A stretch of DNA of 64,000 bases from Minisyncoccota bacterium (GTDB lineage Bacteria; Patescibacteriota; Minisyncoccia; Phycocordibacterales; UBA6065), in the NCBI GenBank assembly GCA_041661645.1, contig JBAZUA010000002.1, forward strand, positions 97,944 through 161,943. Reading direction: 5' to 3'. The notes under the pieces were generated by a model. The model worked only from the letters and a program-made list of their open reading frames with translations, was not told the origin of the DNA and made no database searches. The translations under genes and the position numbers were made by a program. Positions 19,895-29,440 of the stretch are shown here, piece after piece (position 1 is the stretch's first letter; the number at the start of each line of letters is the position of its first letter).

Positions 19895-19956
19895 GCAGGT
19901 CTCTGTAGGGCCATAAAAAAGCGCCCTGTTGAGGACGCCTTGAAATGTTTGGAGAC

Positions 19957-20412
19957 TCACTTTTTGAAATCAAAAAGTTCCGGGAGAAACTCTGTGAATA
20001 TCGTGCAGTCTTCGAACATGCATGTGGATTTTTTCTCGCAATTTCGTAGCGTGAGTGCCGTTGGCACTTTAGGCCACTTTCTTAGATCAATCCTGAGCTC
20101 GTTCGTAAGCTTGACGATGGCGAGGTCGAGGATACCTTCTCGTCTGCCCTCGCTCGTGAACATGTTTTCTGCCAGGGCTCTGAAGACCTCTTCGCTATCA
20201 AGCCTACATCTGAGGTTTTCCCGTGCGATAGGTGTAAGTTCGAAATATATCGCGCCTTTTGTCACAGCGTTGTCGAAAAATAGTCTCGGGATGACCCTGC
20301 TTTCCTCGTCGATGAAGCATAGTGGGAAGATAAAAGTATCCTTTTTGATGGTCCCTCCGATTACTTGAATTCTGCGATTAGGTATTGCCACCGGTTTTAA
20401 TTTGAGGTTCAT
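19957..20412 (-). CDS. Orphan hypothetical protein
   Basis: 151 aa ORF, lower GC, with its own promoter-like and terminator-like signals. Confidence 0.6.
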   Translation of the reverse strand: MNLKLKPVAIPNRRIQVIGGTIKKDTFIFPLCFIDEESRVIPRLFFDNAVTKGAIYFELTPIARENLRCRLDSEEVFRALAENMFTSEGRREGILDLAIVKLTNELRIDLRKWPKVPTALTLRNCEKKSTCMFEDCTIFTEFLPELFDFKK

Positions 20413-20454
20413 TCTTTAATTACAGACTACAGGTATCCAGATAAAGCGCAAGAT

Positions 20455-20563
20455 GGCCCTCCGGCCTCCTTTCAAGGAGACTCTCGGAGCCCGACGGGGC
20501 GAGAGTGAGGGCCTTGGCCACCAGGCCAAGAGCCCGTTCTCCGCGAAAGGAGGCCTGAGGGCC
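20455..20563 (-). repeat. Structured repeat element copy B
   Basis: 19-bp stem with one mismatch (20455-20473/20545-20563) enclosing a 71-nt core that is the inverted homolog of copy A. Confidence 0.9.
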
Positions 20564-20615
20564 TATATCCTTGCCTTTTAAAGCCTTATTTGGTAAGCTT
20601 TCGAAACACATATTT

Positions 20616-21347
20616 ATGATAAAAGACAAGAATTCAATCGTAGAAGCAATGTTTAAGGTCGGGGCCCACTTCGGCCTCTCCAAGTCGCGCCGACACCCAT
20701 CTACCAAGCCTTTCGTTTTCGGCATCAAGAACAAGATCGAGATCATCGACCTCGAGAAGACTCATGAGGCGCTCGAGAAGGCAAAGGCCTTCGTCGCAAC
20801 CATCGGTCAGTCAGGCAAGATGGCACTCTTCGCAGCAGGCAAGAGCGAGGCCCTTCCCGCAACTCGCGCCGCAGCCCTCAAGGCAGGTCAGCCCGTAGTC
20901 GCAGGACGATGGATCGGAGGCACCCTCACTAACTTCGTCCAGATAAGGAAGCGCGTCGAGAAGCTCGAGGGCCGAATCGTCGAGAAGGAGAAGGGTGAGC
21001 TCGTCAAATACACCAAGAAGGAGCGACTTCTCATCGATCGAGAGATCGCAAAGCTCGAGCTCCTCTTCGGGGGCATCGTCATCATGAAGGAGAAGCCCGC
21101 CGTTCTCATCGTCGTCGACCCAAAGAAGGAGATTATCGCCGTCGAAGAGGCTCGACAGAGCGGAATTCCCGTCGTCGCCATCGCAAGCACTGATTGTGAC
21201 TTCTCCCTCGTTAACTACGCCATTCCGGCAAACGACTCAAGCGCCGCGTCGATAGCGTTCTTCCTGAACGAGCTCGCCCAGGCCTATCTCGACGGAAAGG
21301 CCATGGCAGTCAAGCCGGCCACTGCCCCTACCGAGACAAAGAAATAA
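20616..21347 (+). CDS. rpsB: 30S ribosomal protein S2
   Basis: GAHFG, RWIGGTLTNF, IPAND. Confidence 0.96.
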   Translation: MIKDKNSIVEAMFKVGAHFGLSKSRRHPSTKPFVFGIKNKIEIIDLEKTHEALEKAKAFVATIGQSGKMALFAAGKSEALPATRAAALKAGQPVVAGRWIGGTLTNFVQIRKRVEKLEGRIVEKEKGELVKYTKKERLLIDREIAKLELLFGGIVIMKEKPAVLIVVDPKKEIIAVEEARQSGIPVVAIASTDCDFSLVNYAIPANDSSAASIAFFLNELAQAYLDGKAMAVKPATAPTETKK

Positions 21348-21415
21348 TCTGCTATACTATATGCCTGCGGGCATATAGTATTTTGCTTTTTACTTAGATA
21401 ACTCTCTCTATTCCC

Positions 21416-22000
21416 ATGAATACCACCGACCTTATCAAGGAGCTCCGAGACGCCACGGGCGTTTCCGTCATGCAGTGCAAGAAGGCCCTGGAAGAGGCCG
21501 GCGGAGACAAGGACAAGGCCCTCGTCATCCTCAAGAAGAAGGGCGCCGAGGCTGCCGCAAAGAAGGGTGACCGAACCCTCGGGGCGGGCATGATCCAGGC
21601 ATACATTCACTCTACCGGCGCCGTCGGTGTCATGATCGAGCTTGGCTGCGAGACCGACTTCGTTGCCAAGAACCCCGAGTTCAAGCAGCTCGCCTATGAC
21701 ATAGCCATGCACATTGCGGCTTCCAAGCCGGAGTTTCTCAAGAGGGAGCAGATTACCGAGGCCGACCGAGCGGTCGCTGAGTCAGTGTTCGCACAGGAGG
21801 TCGAGGGCAAGCCTGAGGCCATAAAGGCCCAGATTCTCGAGGGCAAGCTCGCCGCATACTTCTCGGATCGCGTCCTCCTCGAGCAGCCGTTCATCAAGAA
21901 CCCCGACCTCACCATCGCAGGCGTCCTTTCGGAAGGCGTCCAGAAGTTCGGCGAGAAGATAGAGATCGTCCGTTTCGTCCGATACGTTTCGGAGAAATAA
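21416..22000 (+). CDS. tsf: Elongation factor Ts (short form)
   Basis: IKELRDATG..CKKAL, CETDFVA, LLEQPFIK. Confidence 0.96.
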   Translation: MNTTDLIKELRDATGVSVMQCKKALEEAGGDKDKALVILKKKGAEAAAKKGDRTLGAGMIQAYIHSTGAVGVMIELGCETDFVAKNPEFKQLAYDIAMHIAASKPEFLKREQITEADRAVAESVFAQEVEGKPEAIKAQILEGKLAAYFSDRVLLEQPFIKNPDLTIAGVLSEGVQKFGEKIEIVRFVRYVSEK

Positions 22001-22007
22001 ACCATTT

Positions 22008-22412
22008 ATGATACCAGAGCTTTCGATCATGACGGGATCGGCGCTCCTCATCATCGCTCTTCTGGTTCACAAGCGGCTCGAGACGAAACGGGGCGCGGTG
22101 GCCAAAGTGCATGAGCTGAGGGAGAAATTCGATCCCATACTTCGCACTGCTCACTCAAAGGTGAATGCCTTTTTTGGGCACATAACCTTTCATAACATAT
22201 CAATTGCCGCACATGATGCTGTGGTTCGCGGCGGAAAGCTTTTCATGGTACTTTTGCGCAGGACACATGCCGTGTCGTCGGTCATTGTCGAGAAGGCTTC
22301 CCGCAGGAAGGAGGACCTCTCCAAGGGCAAGGCCGCATCGTTCTATCTCAAGCAGATAGCGGATGTTAAGGAGGCTGTTGTGGAGGAGGGGAAGGGGGAG
22401 ATACAGGGATAG
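22008..22412 (+). CDS. Hypothetical protein with N-terminal TM
   Basis: 134 aa ORF 7 nt after tsf. Confidence 0.7.
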   Translation: MIPELSIMTGSALLIIALLVHKRLETKRGAVAKVHELREKFDPILRTAHSKVNAFFGHITFHNISIAAHDAVVRGGKLFMVLLRRTHAVSSVIVEKASRRKEDLSKGKAASFYLKQIADVKEAVVEEGKGEIQG

Positions 22413-22420
22413 CGGGGATT

Positions 22421-22493
22421 GCCACCTTAGCTCATTTGGTAGAGCGCCACTTTTGTAAAGTGGATGCGCCCAGTTCGAATCTGGGAGGTGGCT
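22421..22493 (+). tRNA. tRNA-Thr(UGU), CCA not encoded
   Basis: Acceptor GCCACCT/AGGTGGC, anticodon arm CCACT-TTTGTAA-AGTGG, T arm CCCAG-TTCGAAT-CTGGG. Confidence 0.95.
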
Positions 22494-22527
22494 CACACAG
22501 TCGTTTTTTGCTACTATAAGGCCTCAT

Positions 22528-23244
22528 ATGAACCCCGAAGCGCAGAAAGGCCACCTTCACCCCATAACCTCCGTCATACGCGAGATGTGCTCGATTTTCG
22601 ACGGCATGGGCTTCGCTGTCGCGTCCGGCCCCGAACTCGAGACCGAGTTCCACAACTTCGACGCCCTCAACGTGCCCGCCGATCATCCGGCCCGCGACAT
22701 GCAGGACACCTTTTGGGTCAAGACGAAGCCGGGCGAGGAGAAGAAGGTCCTTCGCACCCACACCTCGTCGGTGCAGGTCAGGTTCATGCAGTCGATCGCG
22801 GCCGACCCGAAGCCGTTCAAGGTCGTCATGCCCGGAAAGGTCTATCGCAACGAGGCAACCGATGCCACTCACGAGGCCCAGTTCCATCAGTTCGAGGGGC
22901 TGTACGTGAACAAGTCCGTGTCGCTCGCCGAGCTCAAGGGCACCCTCGAGCGATTTTTCAAAGAGTTCCTCGGTGCCGATGCCAAGCTCCGCTTCCGCTC
23001 GTCGTACTTCGGATTCGTCGAGCCGGGCGTCGAGGTAGACCTGTTCTGGAAGGGCCGCTGGCTCGAGGTCTGTGGCGCAGGCATCGTCCATCCGAACGTC
23101 ATCAGGGCGTCGGGGCTCGACCCGGCCGTCTGGAAGGGCTTTGCCTTCGGCATGGGCGTCGACCGCCTCGTCCTCATGCGCTACGGCGTCGACGACATCA
23201 GGCATCTCTATTCGGGAGACCTGCGTCTCATCAATCAATTCTAA
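22528..23244 (+). CDS. pheS: Phenylalanyl-tRNA synthetase alpha subunit (short N-terminus)
   Basis: NFDALN..DHPARDMQDTF, LRTHTS, FHQFEG, GFAFGMG. Confidence 0.95.
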   Translation: MNPEAQKGHLHPITSVIREMCSIFDGMGFAVASGPELETEFHNFDALNVPADHPARDMQDTFWVKTKPGEEKKVLRTHTSSVQVRFMQSIAADPKPFKVVMPGKVYRNEATDATHEAQFHQFEGLYVNKSVSLAELKGTLERFFKEFLGADAKLRFRSSYFGFVEPGVEVDLFWKGRWLEVCGAGIVHPNVIRASGLDPAVWKGFAFGMGVDRLVLMRYGVDDIRHLYSGDLRLINQF

Positions 23245-23259
23245 GAGCCACACATTTTC

Positions 23260-25179
23260 ATGAAAGTCTCATACGCATGGCTTCAGACATATATAAAAGA
23301 AAAGCTTCCCGAGCCATCGGACTTGGAGGGACTTTTTAGCGCGCACGCCTTTGAGGTGGAGGGCACCGAAACAGTCGGAAACGACACGGTGTTCGACATA
23401 AAGGTTCTCCCGGATCGCAGCCATTATGCCCTCTCGCATCGGGGTATTGCCCGCGAGGCCGCCGCTCTTGCGAGGCTGACCCTCACACCCGAGGAGGGCG
23501 CCGAAGTCATCGTGAACTCCGCGGTCTATCTGCCAGGCGTCAAAATAGAGACCGATTTGTGTCGCAGGTACATTGCCCGCAGGATCGACAATGTGAAGGT
23601 GGGGGAATCACCCGCATGGCTCAAAGAACATCTCGAGGCCATCGGCGCCCGCTCGATCAACAGCATCGTCGACGCCACCAACTTCGTCATGTTTGCCCTC
23701 GGTCAGCCCCTCCATGCCTTTGACGCGAACAAGGTTCAGGGCGCCATCGTCGCTCGCGTGGCCCGTGCCGACGAGAAGATAACCATACTTGATGGCAGGG
23801 AAGTCGCTCTCCTCGAAAGCGATGTCGTCATAGCGGATGACGACGGGCCCCTGGCGATCGCCGGCGTGAAGGGCGGCAAGAGGGCAGAGGTGACGGCGTC
23901 GACGGTCTCGATAATCCTCGAATCGGCCAATTTCGACCCTACGTCGGTGCGCAAGACCTCCACACGGGCAAACCTTCGTAATGACTCGTCCAAGCGCTTC
24001 GAGAATGAGATAACCCCAGAGCTCGCGGGCGAGGCGATGCAGCGCGTCACGGCCCTCATCCTCGGCCTCTGTGCCGGCTCTGGCGCGGGTGCCGCGGCGG
24101 ACGTATATCCTCATCCAGCACAGCGCCGCACGATCATCGTCGACGCTCCATACGTGAACGCGGTAACGGGGCTCTCGCTCTCGGCCGCCGACATGTCCGA
24201 CATTCTCACTCGCCTCCAATGCGAGGTCAAGGTCGCCGGCGACAGCCTTTCCATAATCCCACCATTCGATCGCCTCGATCTCGTCATACCCGAGGACATC
24301 GCCGACGAGATCGTTCGCGTCTACGGATACGACAAACTTGGATCGAAAGAGACGCCCATCATTACCCCTGTCGCCATCGACGCGGCATTCTTCTGGGCAG
24401 AGAAGGCAAAGAACATTCTCGTTCCACTCGGCTTTTCTGAGGTTATGTTGTACAGCCTTGTACCAAAAGGTGCCTTTGAGATTGCCTATCCTTTGGCGAG
24501 CGATAAATCAGCCTTGCGTGAGCGCATATCACTCAAGCTTTCCGATTCTCTCACGTTCAACGCGCGTAATGCCGAATTGCTCGGCCTCGAGACCGTGAGG
24601 ATATTCGAGATAGGCAAGGTGTTTCCAAAGGAGGGGGAGAGAATGTCCCTCTGCATAGGCGTTTCGCAGGTAAAGAAGAGGAAGGGCGTCACGTCAGAAT
24701 CTGTCTTGAAGGAGGCCGTTGCGACGTTTGAGGCATCGTTCGGCGTAAAGCTCGACGGCAAGATCGAGGTTGGACCGTTCGGCGCCCTGATCGAGGTTAA
24801 TTTCGACGCTGCTGTCTCGAAGCTCGGTTCGACGGGTTCGATCAAGCGCCTCGGCTTCACGGCTTTGTCTCACGACATCAGGTACAGGCCTTTTTCCGCA
24901 TATCCGTTCATCGTTCGCGACATCGCCCTGTTCGTCCCATCCGCCGTCGAGGAGTTGGAGGCGTCCGAGACCATACGAACTGTCCTCGCTAGCGCGGCAG
25001 GCACCCTTCTCGTCAAAGGCCCCGACTGTTTCGACCGATTCGAGAAGGACGGCAGGAAATCCCTCGGCTTCCGTATGATATTCCAATCTTTCGAGAAAAC
25101 TCTCTCGGATGAGGAGGTTGGTGCTTACATGTCAGCGCTTTACGCGGCGATATCCGCGAAAGGCTGGGAGGTTAGATAA
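23260..25179 (+). CDS. pheT: Phenylalanyl-tRNA synthetase beta subunit
   Basis: SHRGIARE, VDATN.VM..GQPLHAFD, IILESANF, C-terminal RDIA..KTLSDEEV. Confidence 0.95.
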   Translation: MKVSYAWLQTYIKEKLPEPSDLEGLFSAHAFEVEGTETVGNDTVFDIKVLPDRSHYALSHRGIAREAAALARLTLTPEEGAEVIVNSAVYLPGVKIETDLCRRYIARRIDNVKVGESPAWLKEHLEAIGARSINSIVDATNFVMFALGQPLHAFDANKVQGAIVARVARADEKITILDGREVALLESDVVIADDDGPLAIAGVKGGKRAEVTASTVSIILESANFDPTSVRKTSTRANLRNDSSKRFENEITPELAGEAMQRVTALILGLCAGSGAGAAADVYPHPAQRRTIIVDAPYVNAVTGLSLSAADMSDILTRLQCEVKVAGDSLSIIPPFDRLDLVIPEDIADEIVRVYGYDKLGSKETPIITPVAIDAAFFWAEKAKNILVPLGFSEVMLYSLVPKGAFEIAYPLASDKSALRERISLKLSDSLTFNARNAELLGLETVRIFEIGKVFPKEGERMSLCIGVSQVKKRKGVTSESVLKEAVATFEASFGVKLDGKIEVGPFGALIEVNFDAAVSKLGSTGSIKRLGFTALSHDIRYRPFSAYPFIVRDIALFVPSAVEELEASETIRTVLASAAGTLLVKGPDCFDRFEKDGRKSLGFRMIFQSFEKTLSDEEVGAYMSALYAAISAKGWEVR

Positions 25180-25244
25180 ATAAAATATCAAAAAGGGGAT
25201 AGCGATTGTCTTGTCTCTAAGGGCAAGCTTGCTATACTTTTTAT

Positions 25245-25499
25245 ATGCTTACGGACAGGGATATAAATAAACTATTTGCCGTGTTTGCGACCAAATCTGA
25301 TTTCAGGGAACTGAAGTTGGAGGTTATCGATCTGCGTGAGACCGTAAACGGCATAGTTACTGCCCTCGATAGTCAGTCTAAAATCCTCGAGGATATGAGG
25401 ATGGAGCTTGCCTCTTCCATACAACAACTCAATCGCCATGATCGATGGATACGGACATTGGCGGATGTAACTCAGACTGTGCTTTTGATAGAGGCGTAG
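25245..25499 (+). CDS. Small coiled-coil hypothetical protein
   Basis: 84 aa, FATKSD motif plus heptads; TATACT 6 nt upstream. Confidence 0.7.
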   Translation: MLTDRDINKLFAVFATKSDFRELKLEVIDLRETVNGIVTALDSQSKILEDMRMELASSIQQLNRHDRWIRTLADVTQTVLLIEA

Positions 25500-25605
25500 A
25501 TATAAAAATAACCCTAAAGGATAATGGGAATATAATTGCGAGCAAGCTCTTTTTCCATAAAAAAGCCGCCCTGTGATGGGCGGCTTTGGCTTTCATGGCG
25601 TGAAG

Positions 25606-25989
25606 TCAGATGATGGCCATGCTGAAACACCAATCAAGAGGCTCGATTTCCGGGTCCATCGCGTTTGCAAGCCGCTCGAGACCAGCCATCGTCCAGGGTG
25701 AGGCCAAGATATCCATTGCCCGAAGGCATGGGTTCCGAGGGGTAATCTTGATGCGGAAGTTTTCATTCTCCGCTTGGACGGTGAAGGTGCTTCCCTCATA
25801 ATCCTTTCTCACTGGCGTGGCCGAACTCGTTTTGGCGATTTGGACAAGGGCCGCATTGAGCGCCCGAAAGCCCTTGAGCGTAAGGTGGTGTTTTTGTTTC
25901 GAGGCACCTTCCTCGATGGCGATCAGGGTTTTTGACTCATGCAGGCTCAGGTTGACCTCACTCGCGGGATGTTTGGTGCGCGTTTCCAT
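25606..25989 (-). CDS. Orphan hypothetical protein
   Basis: 127 aa; TTGACA promoter on the minus strand near 26059; hairpin at 25561-25587. Confidence 0.6.
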   Translation of the reverse strand: METRTKHPASEVNLSLHESKTLIAIEEGASKQKHHLTLKGFRALNAALVQIAKTSSATPVRKDYEGSTFTVQAENENFRIKITPRNPCLRAMDILASPWTMAGLERLANAMDPEIEPLDWCFSMAII

Positions 25990-26117
25990 GTCAGAATATT
26001 TTTTGGGTTAAAAGGGCTGTCGTTTGTGACACGTTACCATTTATTAAGTCACTGTCAAGAGGTGTTTGATACCCGAATTTGCTATAATTTACGGACTAAA
26101 ACCTTCAAAAAACCCTT

Positions 26118-28193
26118 ATGGCAAAAGACGATAACAAGAAGAGCGGTTCATACGGCGCTGAGTCCATCCAGGTGCTTGAGGGTCTCGAGCCCGTCCGAAA
26201 GCGACCGGGAATGTACATCGGTACCACGGGTCCCGACGGCTTCCATCATCTCGTGACCGAGATATTCGACAACTGTCGAGACGAGGCCATGGGCGGCCAC
26301 GCGAACGACATCGAGATCGCCCTTCTCCCGGGCGAGATCGTCCGCGTCGTCGACAACGGCCGAGGAATTCCCGTCGGCATTCACAAGCAGACAAAGGTCT
26401 CCGCTCTCGAGACTATCATGACCGTGCTCCATGCCGGAGGAAAGTTCGGCGGCGAGGATTCCGGCTACAAGGTCTCCGGAGGACTTCACGGCGTGGGCGC
26501 ATCCGTGGTGAACGCCCTTTCCATCATGTGCAAGGTCGAGGTCCATAATGACGGCGGCAAGTACATGCAGGAATACTCGCAGGGAAAGAGGAAGGCTGCC
26601 GTCAAGAAGATCGGGACGAGCAAGGCTCACGGCACGGTCGTCAGCTTCCAGCCTGACTCGATCATATTCGGACAGCAGACCTTCGACTTCCATCGCATCG
26701 TCACCCACATGCGCCAGCAGGCGTACCTCGTCCGCGGCCTTCGCATCTCCGTCATCGACGCGCGCGGGTATACGGGCAAGATAGACACTGACGACATCGT
26801 CTATTTCCGCGAGCTCGGCATAAACGCCCCATCCCACTCATTTTATTTCGAGGGAGGCCTCGTCTCGCTCGTCCGTTTCAACAATGCCAACCAGAAGCCT
26901 GTTCACAAGAATATCTTCTATGTCGAGAAGGGTGCCGAGGGCGTCGAGTCAGTCGAGATCGCGCTTCAATATGTCGATGACATAACGTCCCGCATACTGG
27001 CCTTCGCGAATAATATCCACACTCCCGAGGGCGGAACCCACATCACGGGCTTCAAGACCGCGCTCACCCGAACCATCAACGCCTACGCCCGCAAGAACAA
27101 CCTGGTGAAGGACAGCGAGGACAATTTCACGGGCGACGACGTGCTCGAGGGCCTCACCGCCGTCATCTCCGTAAAGCTTCGGGAGATTCAGTTCGAGGGT
27201 CAGACCAAGGCCAAGCTCGGCTCCGTCGAGGCACAGTCGGCAACCGCCACCGTCTTCGGTGAGGCCTTCAACCTCTTCATGGAGGAGAATCCCGAGGATG
27301 CCAAGGCCATGGTGTCCAAGTCTATCCTTGCCCTCAAGGCGCGAAAGGCGGCCAAGGCCGCAAAGGACTCGATACTCCGAAAGGGCGCCCTTGAGGGAAT
27401 GACCCTTCCAGGAAAGCTCGCCGACTGCGAGTCGAGCGATGCCTCCGAGTCCGAGGTCTTCATCGTGGAGGGAGACTCCGCAGGCGGTACCGCAAAGACC
27501 GGACGAAACCGCAAGACCCAGGCAGTGCTCCCGCTCCGAGGAAAGATCCTCAACATCGAGAGGGCCCGCCTCGACAAGATGCTCGCATCCGAGCAGATCA
27601 AGAACCTCGTGGTCGCCATGGGAACGGCGATAGGCGAGACCTTCGACATCACCAAGCTCCGCTATCACAAGGTCATCATCGCGACCGACGCGGACGTCGA
27701 CGGCGCGCACATCAGGACGCTCATACTCACCCTGCTCTATCGATACTTCAAGCCTTTGATTGACGGCGGGTATATCTATATCGCCCAGCCGCCTCTGTAC
27801 AAGGTAAAGAGGGGCAAGGAAGTCATGTACTTCTATTCCGAGGAGGAGAAGACAAAGGTGCTCGGAAAGGACGAATTGCCTTTGGACGCCGAGATCGTCA
27901 CCGACGAGGCCGCCGCGGAGGCGGAGGAGGTTGACGCCACCGAAGAGGGGGCAGGCAAGGGCGCAAAGAAGGTCCAGAAGCTCCATGTTCAGCGATACAA
28001 GGGTCTCGGAGAGATGAACTCTGACGAGCTCTGGGAGACGACCATGGACCCTGCCCGAAGGCTTCTCAAGCAGGTGACCATCGACGACGCCCAGGATGCC
28101 GACAAGGTGTTCGACATGCTCATGGGCACCGACGTGCCGGCCCGTAAGTCATTCATACAGTCAAATGCGCACAAGGCGACGATTGACGTGTAG
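26118..28193 (+). CDS. gyrB: DNA gyrase subunit B
   Basis: VRKRPGMYIG, GGLHGVG, VEGDSAGG, TDADVDG, QRYKGLGEM. Confidence 0.97.
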   Translation: MAKDDNKKSGSYGAESIQVLEGLEPVRKRPGMYIGTTGPDGFHHLVTEIFDNCRDEAMGGHANDIEIALLPGEIVRVVDNGRGIPVGIHKQTKVSALETIMTVLHAGGKFGGEDSGYKVSGGLHGVGASVVNALSIMCKVEVHNDGGKYMQEYSQGKRKAAVKKIGTSKAHGTVVSFQPDSIIFGQQTFDFHRIVTHMRQQAYLVRGLRISVIDARGYTGKIDTDDIVYFRELGINAPSHSFYFEGGLVSLVRFNNANQKPVHKNIFYVEKGAEGVESVEIALQYVDDITSRILAFANNIHTPEGGTHITGFKTALTRTINAYARKNNLVKDSEDNFTGDDVLEGLTAVISVKLREIQFEGQTKAKLGSVEAQSATATVFGEAFNLFMEENPEDAKAMVSKSILALKARKAAKAAKDSILRKGALEGMTLPGKLADCESSDASESEVFIVEGDSAGGTAKTGRNRKTQAVLPLRGKILNIERARLDKMLASEQIKNLVVAMGTAIGETFDITKLRYHKVIIATDADVDGAHIRTLILTLLYRYFKPLIDGGYIYIAQPPLYKVKRGKEVMYFYSEEEKTKVLGKDELPLDAEIVTDEAAAEAEEVDATEEGAGKGAKKVQKLHVQRYKGLGEMNSDELWETTMDPARRLLKQVTIDDAQDADKVFDMLMGTDVPARKSFIQSNAHKATIDV

Positions 28194-28272
28194 GGTTTGA
28201 GTGAAATATGAAATAAAAAAACGCCTCGGATTGAGTCCGGGGCGTTTGTTTGATGGTGAGGGGACACCCTTT

Positions 28273-28470
28273 TTACTTAAGGTATACGATATATTCGTTG
28301 CCTCCGTGCTCGAGGCTTCCTGCCAGCGCCATGCCTTTCTTTCGGTTGACGTGGGCGGGGGAGTCCTTGAGGAACACGACATAGTCCTCGGTCTCAAGCA
28401 TCCCCTCGGTGTTCATTGATCCCTTGATGAGGGCCAGGCGAATGTCCGACCCTTGGTTTCTGGTAATCAT
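28273..28470 (-). CDS. Small hypothetical protein
   Basis: 65 aa, TATAAT 8 nt upstream, terminator-like hairpin downstream. Confidence 0.55.
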   Translation of the reverse strand: MITRNQGSDIRLALIKGSMNTEGMLETEDYVVFLKDSPAHVNRKKGMALAGSLEHGGNEYIVYLK

Positions 28471-28496
28471 ACTTTTATATTATATCATAATAAATC

Positions 28497-29435
28497 TTAA
28501 AACACAAGTTTAAGCTGTCTCTTGAGCTCCTTCCTCGTGTTTTCAGGGTCTCTCTTGAATGCCGCGAGCGTTCGACACACGGCCTCGATGTGACCGACCT
28601 CTTCCTCCTTGCTGAAGCTTCCTCCGCGATAGCAGGCCTTTCCGAAGTCGATTATGACGGGTTTTCCGGTACTGAAGTTAACCATGACGTTTCTGTTCGT
28701 CATGTCCTGGTGGGTGAAATCATTGTCGTGAAGGACCCCTATCATGGAAAGGAGGGTGGCTTTGAAATCATCGGGATCGAGTGCCTCCAAGGCGTCCAGG
28801 TGTTCTTCGTATCCCAATATGAAGTCCTGGATGGATTTTCCCGGCACTTTCTCCATTGAGAACACGTCGGCAACCTCCCTGTACATGAACGGCGCCCCAT
28901 CAGACTCTCCCTCTCCCTTCGATTCTATGCGGATAAGGGATTTGATGTCGGGAACCGATCCCACGAAGCCGGCCTGTTCGAGGAGCATGTGGGCGGCAAT
29001 CTGTAGGCTCGCCTCGACTTCCGGGCTGTTCGAGGCCGCGAACTCTATGTTTCCTCTCTTTTGGGCGGCCTTGCGACCCTCCTGGACCTTCTCGAAATGC
29101 TCCTGTATCTTTCTCAACTCTTGAAGCCTCGGCGGCAGTTGCCCGAATTGCTTTCCCTTCATCTCGACGCTCAGGTGTTCCCAGATGTGTTTGGCGCACA
29201 TGGGCTGTTTGTCTGAGGGGTAGTCGAAGACGAAGCCCTCGTTTCCGGATCCCACGAATAGTCCCGGATTAGAGATTATCGCCTCGTGCATATGCGTCGC
29301 CTCGGCGAGCTCCTCTGGGCCTGGTTTCTTCTCTATGAAAAAGCCAGTTGGGTTTTCCAGTATCTCCTGCGCCGTGAACTTTTCCTTCATCGCCAGTTCG
29401 ACGGCATCCTCAATGGGTGATGATTCGAAAAACAT
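28497..29435 (-). CDS. Protein-kinase-like protein (RIO/Kdo-WaaP/Bud32-like fold)
   Basis: GSGNEGFV Gly loop, MEKVPG hinge, HQDMTNRNV catalytic loop, IIDFG. Confidence 0.8.
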   Translation of the reverse strand: MFFESSPIEDAVELAMKEKFTAQEILENPTGFFIEKKPGPEELAEATHMHEAIISNPGLFVGSGNEGFVFDYPSDKQPMCAKHIWEHLSVEMKGKQFGQLPPRLQELRKIQEHFEKVQEGRKAAQKRGNIEFAASNSPEVEASLQIAAHMLLEQAGFVGSVPDIKSLIRIESKGEGESDGAPFMYREVADVFSMEKVPGKSIQDFILGYEEHLDALEALDPDDFKATLLSMIGVLHDNDFTHQDMTNRNVMVNFSTGKPVIIDFGKACYRGGSFSKEEEVGHIEAVCRTLAAFKRDPENTRKELKRQLKLVF

Positions 29436-29440
29436 GCGAT

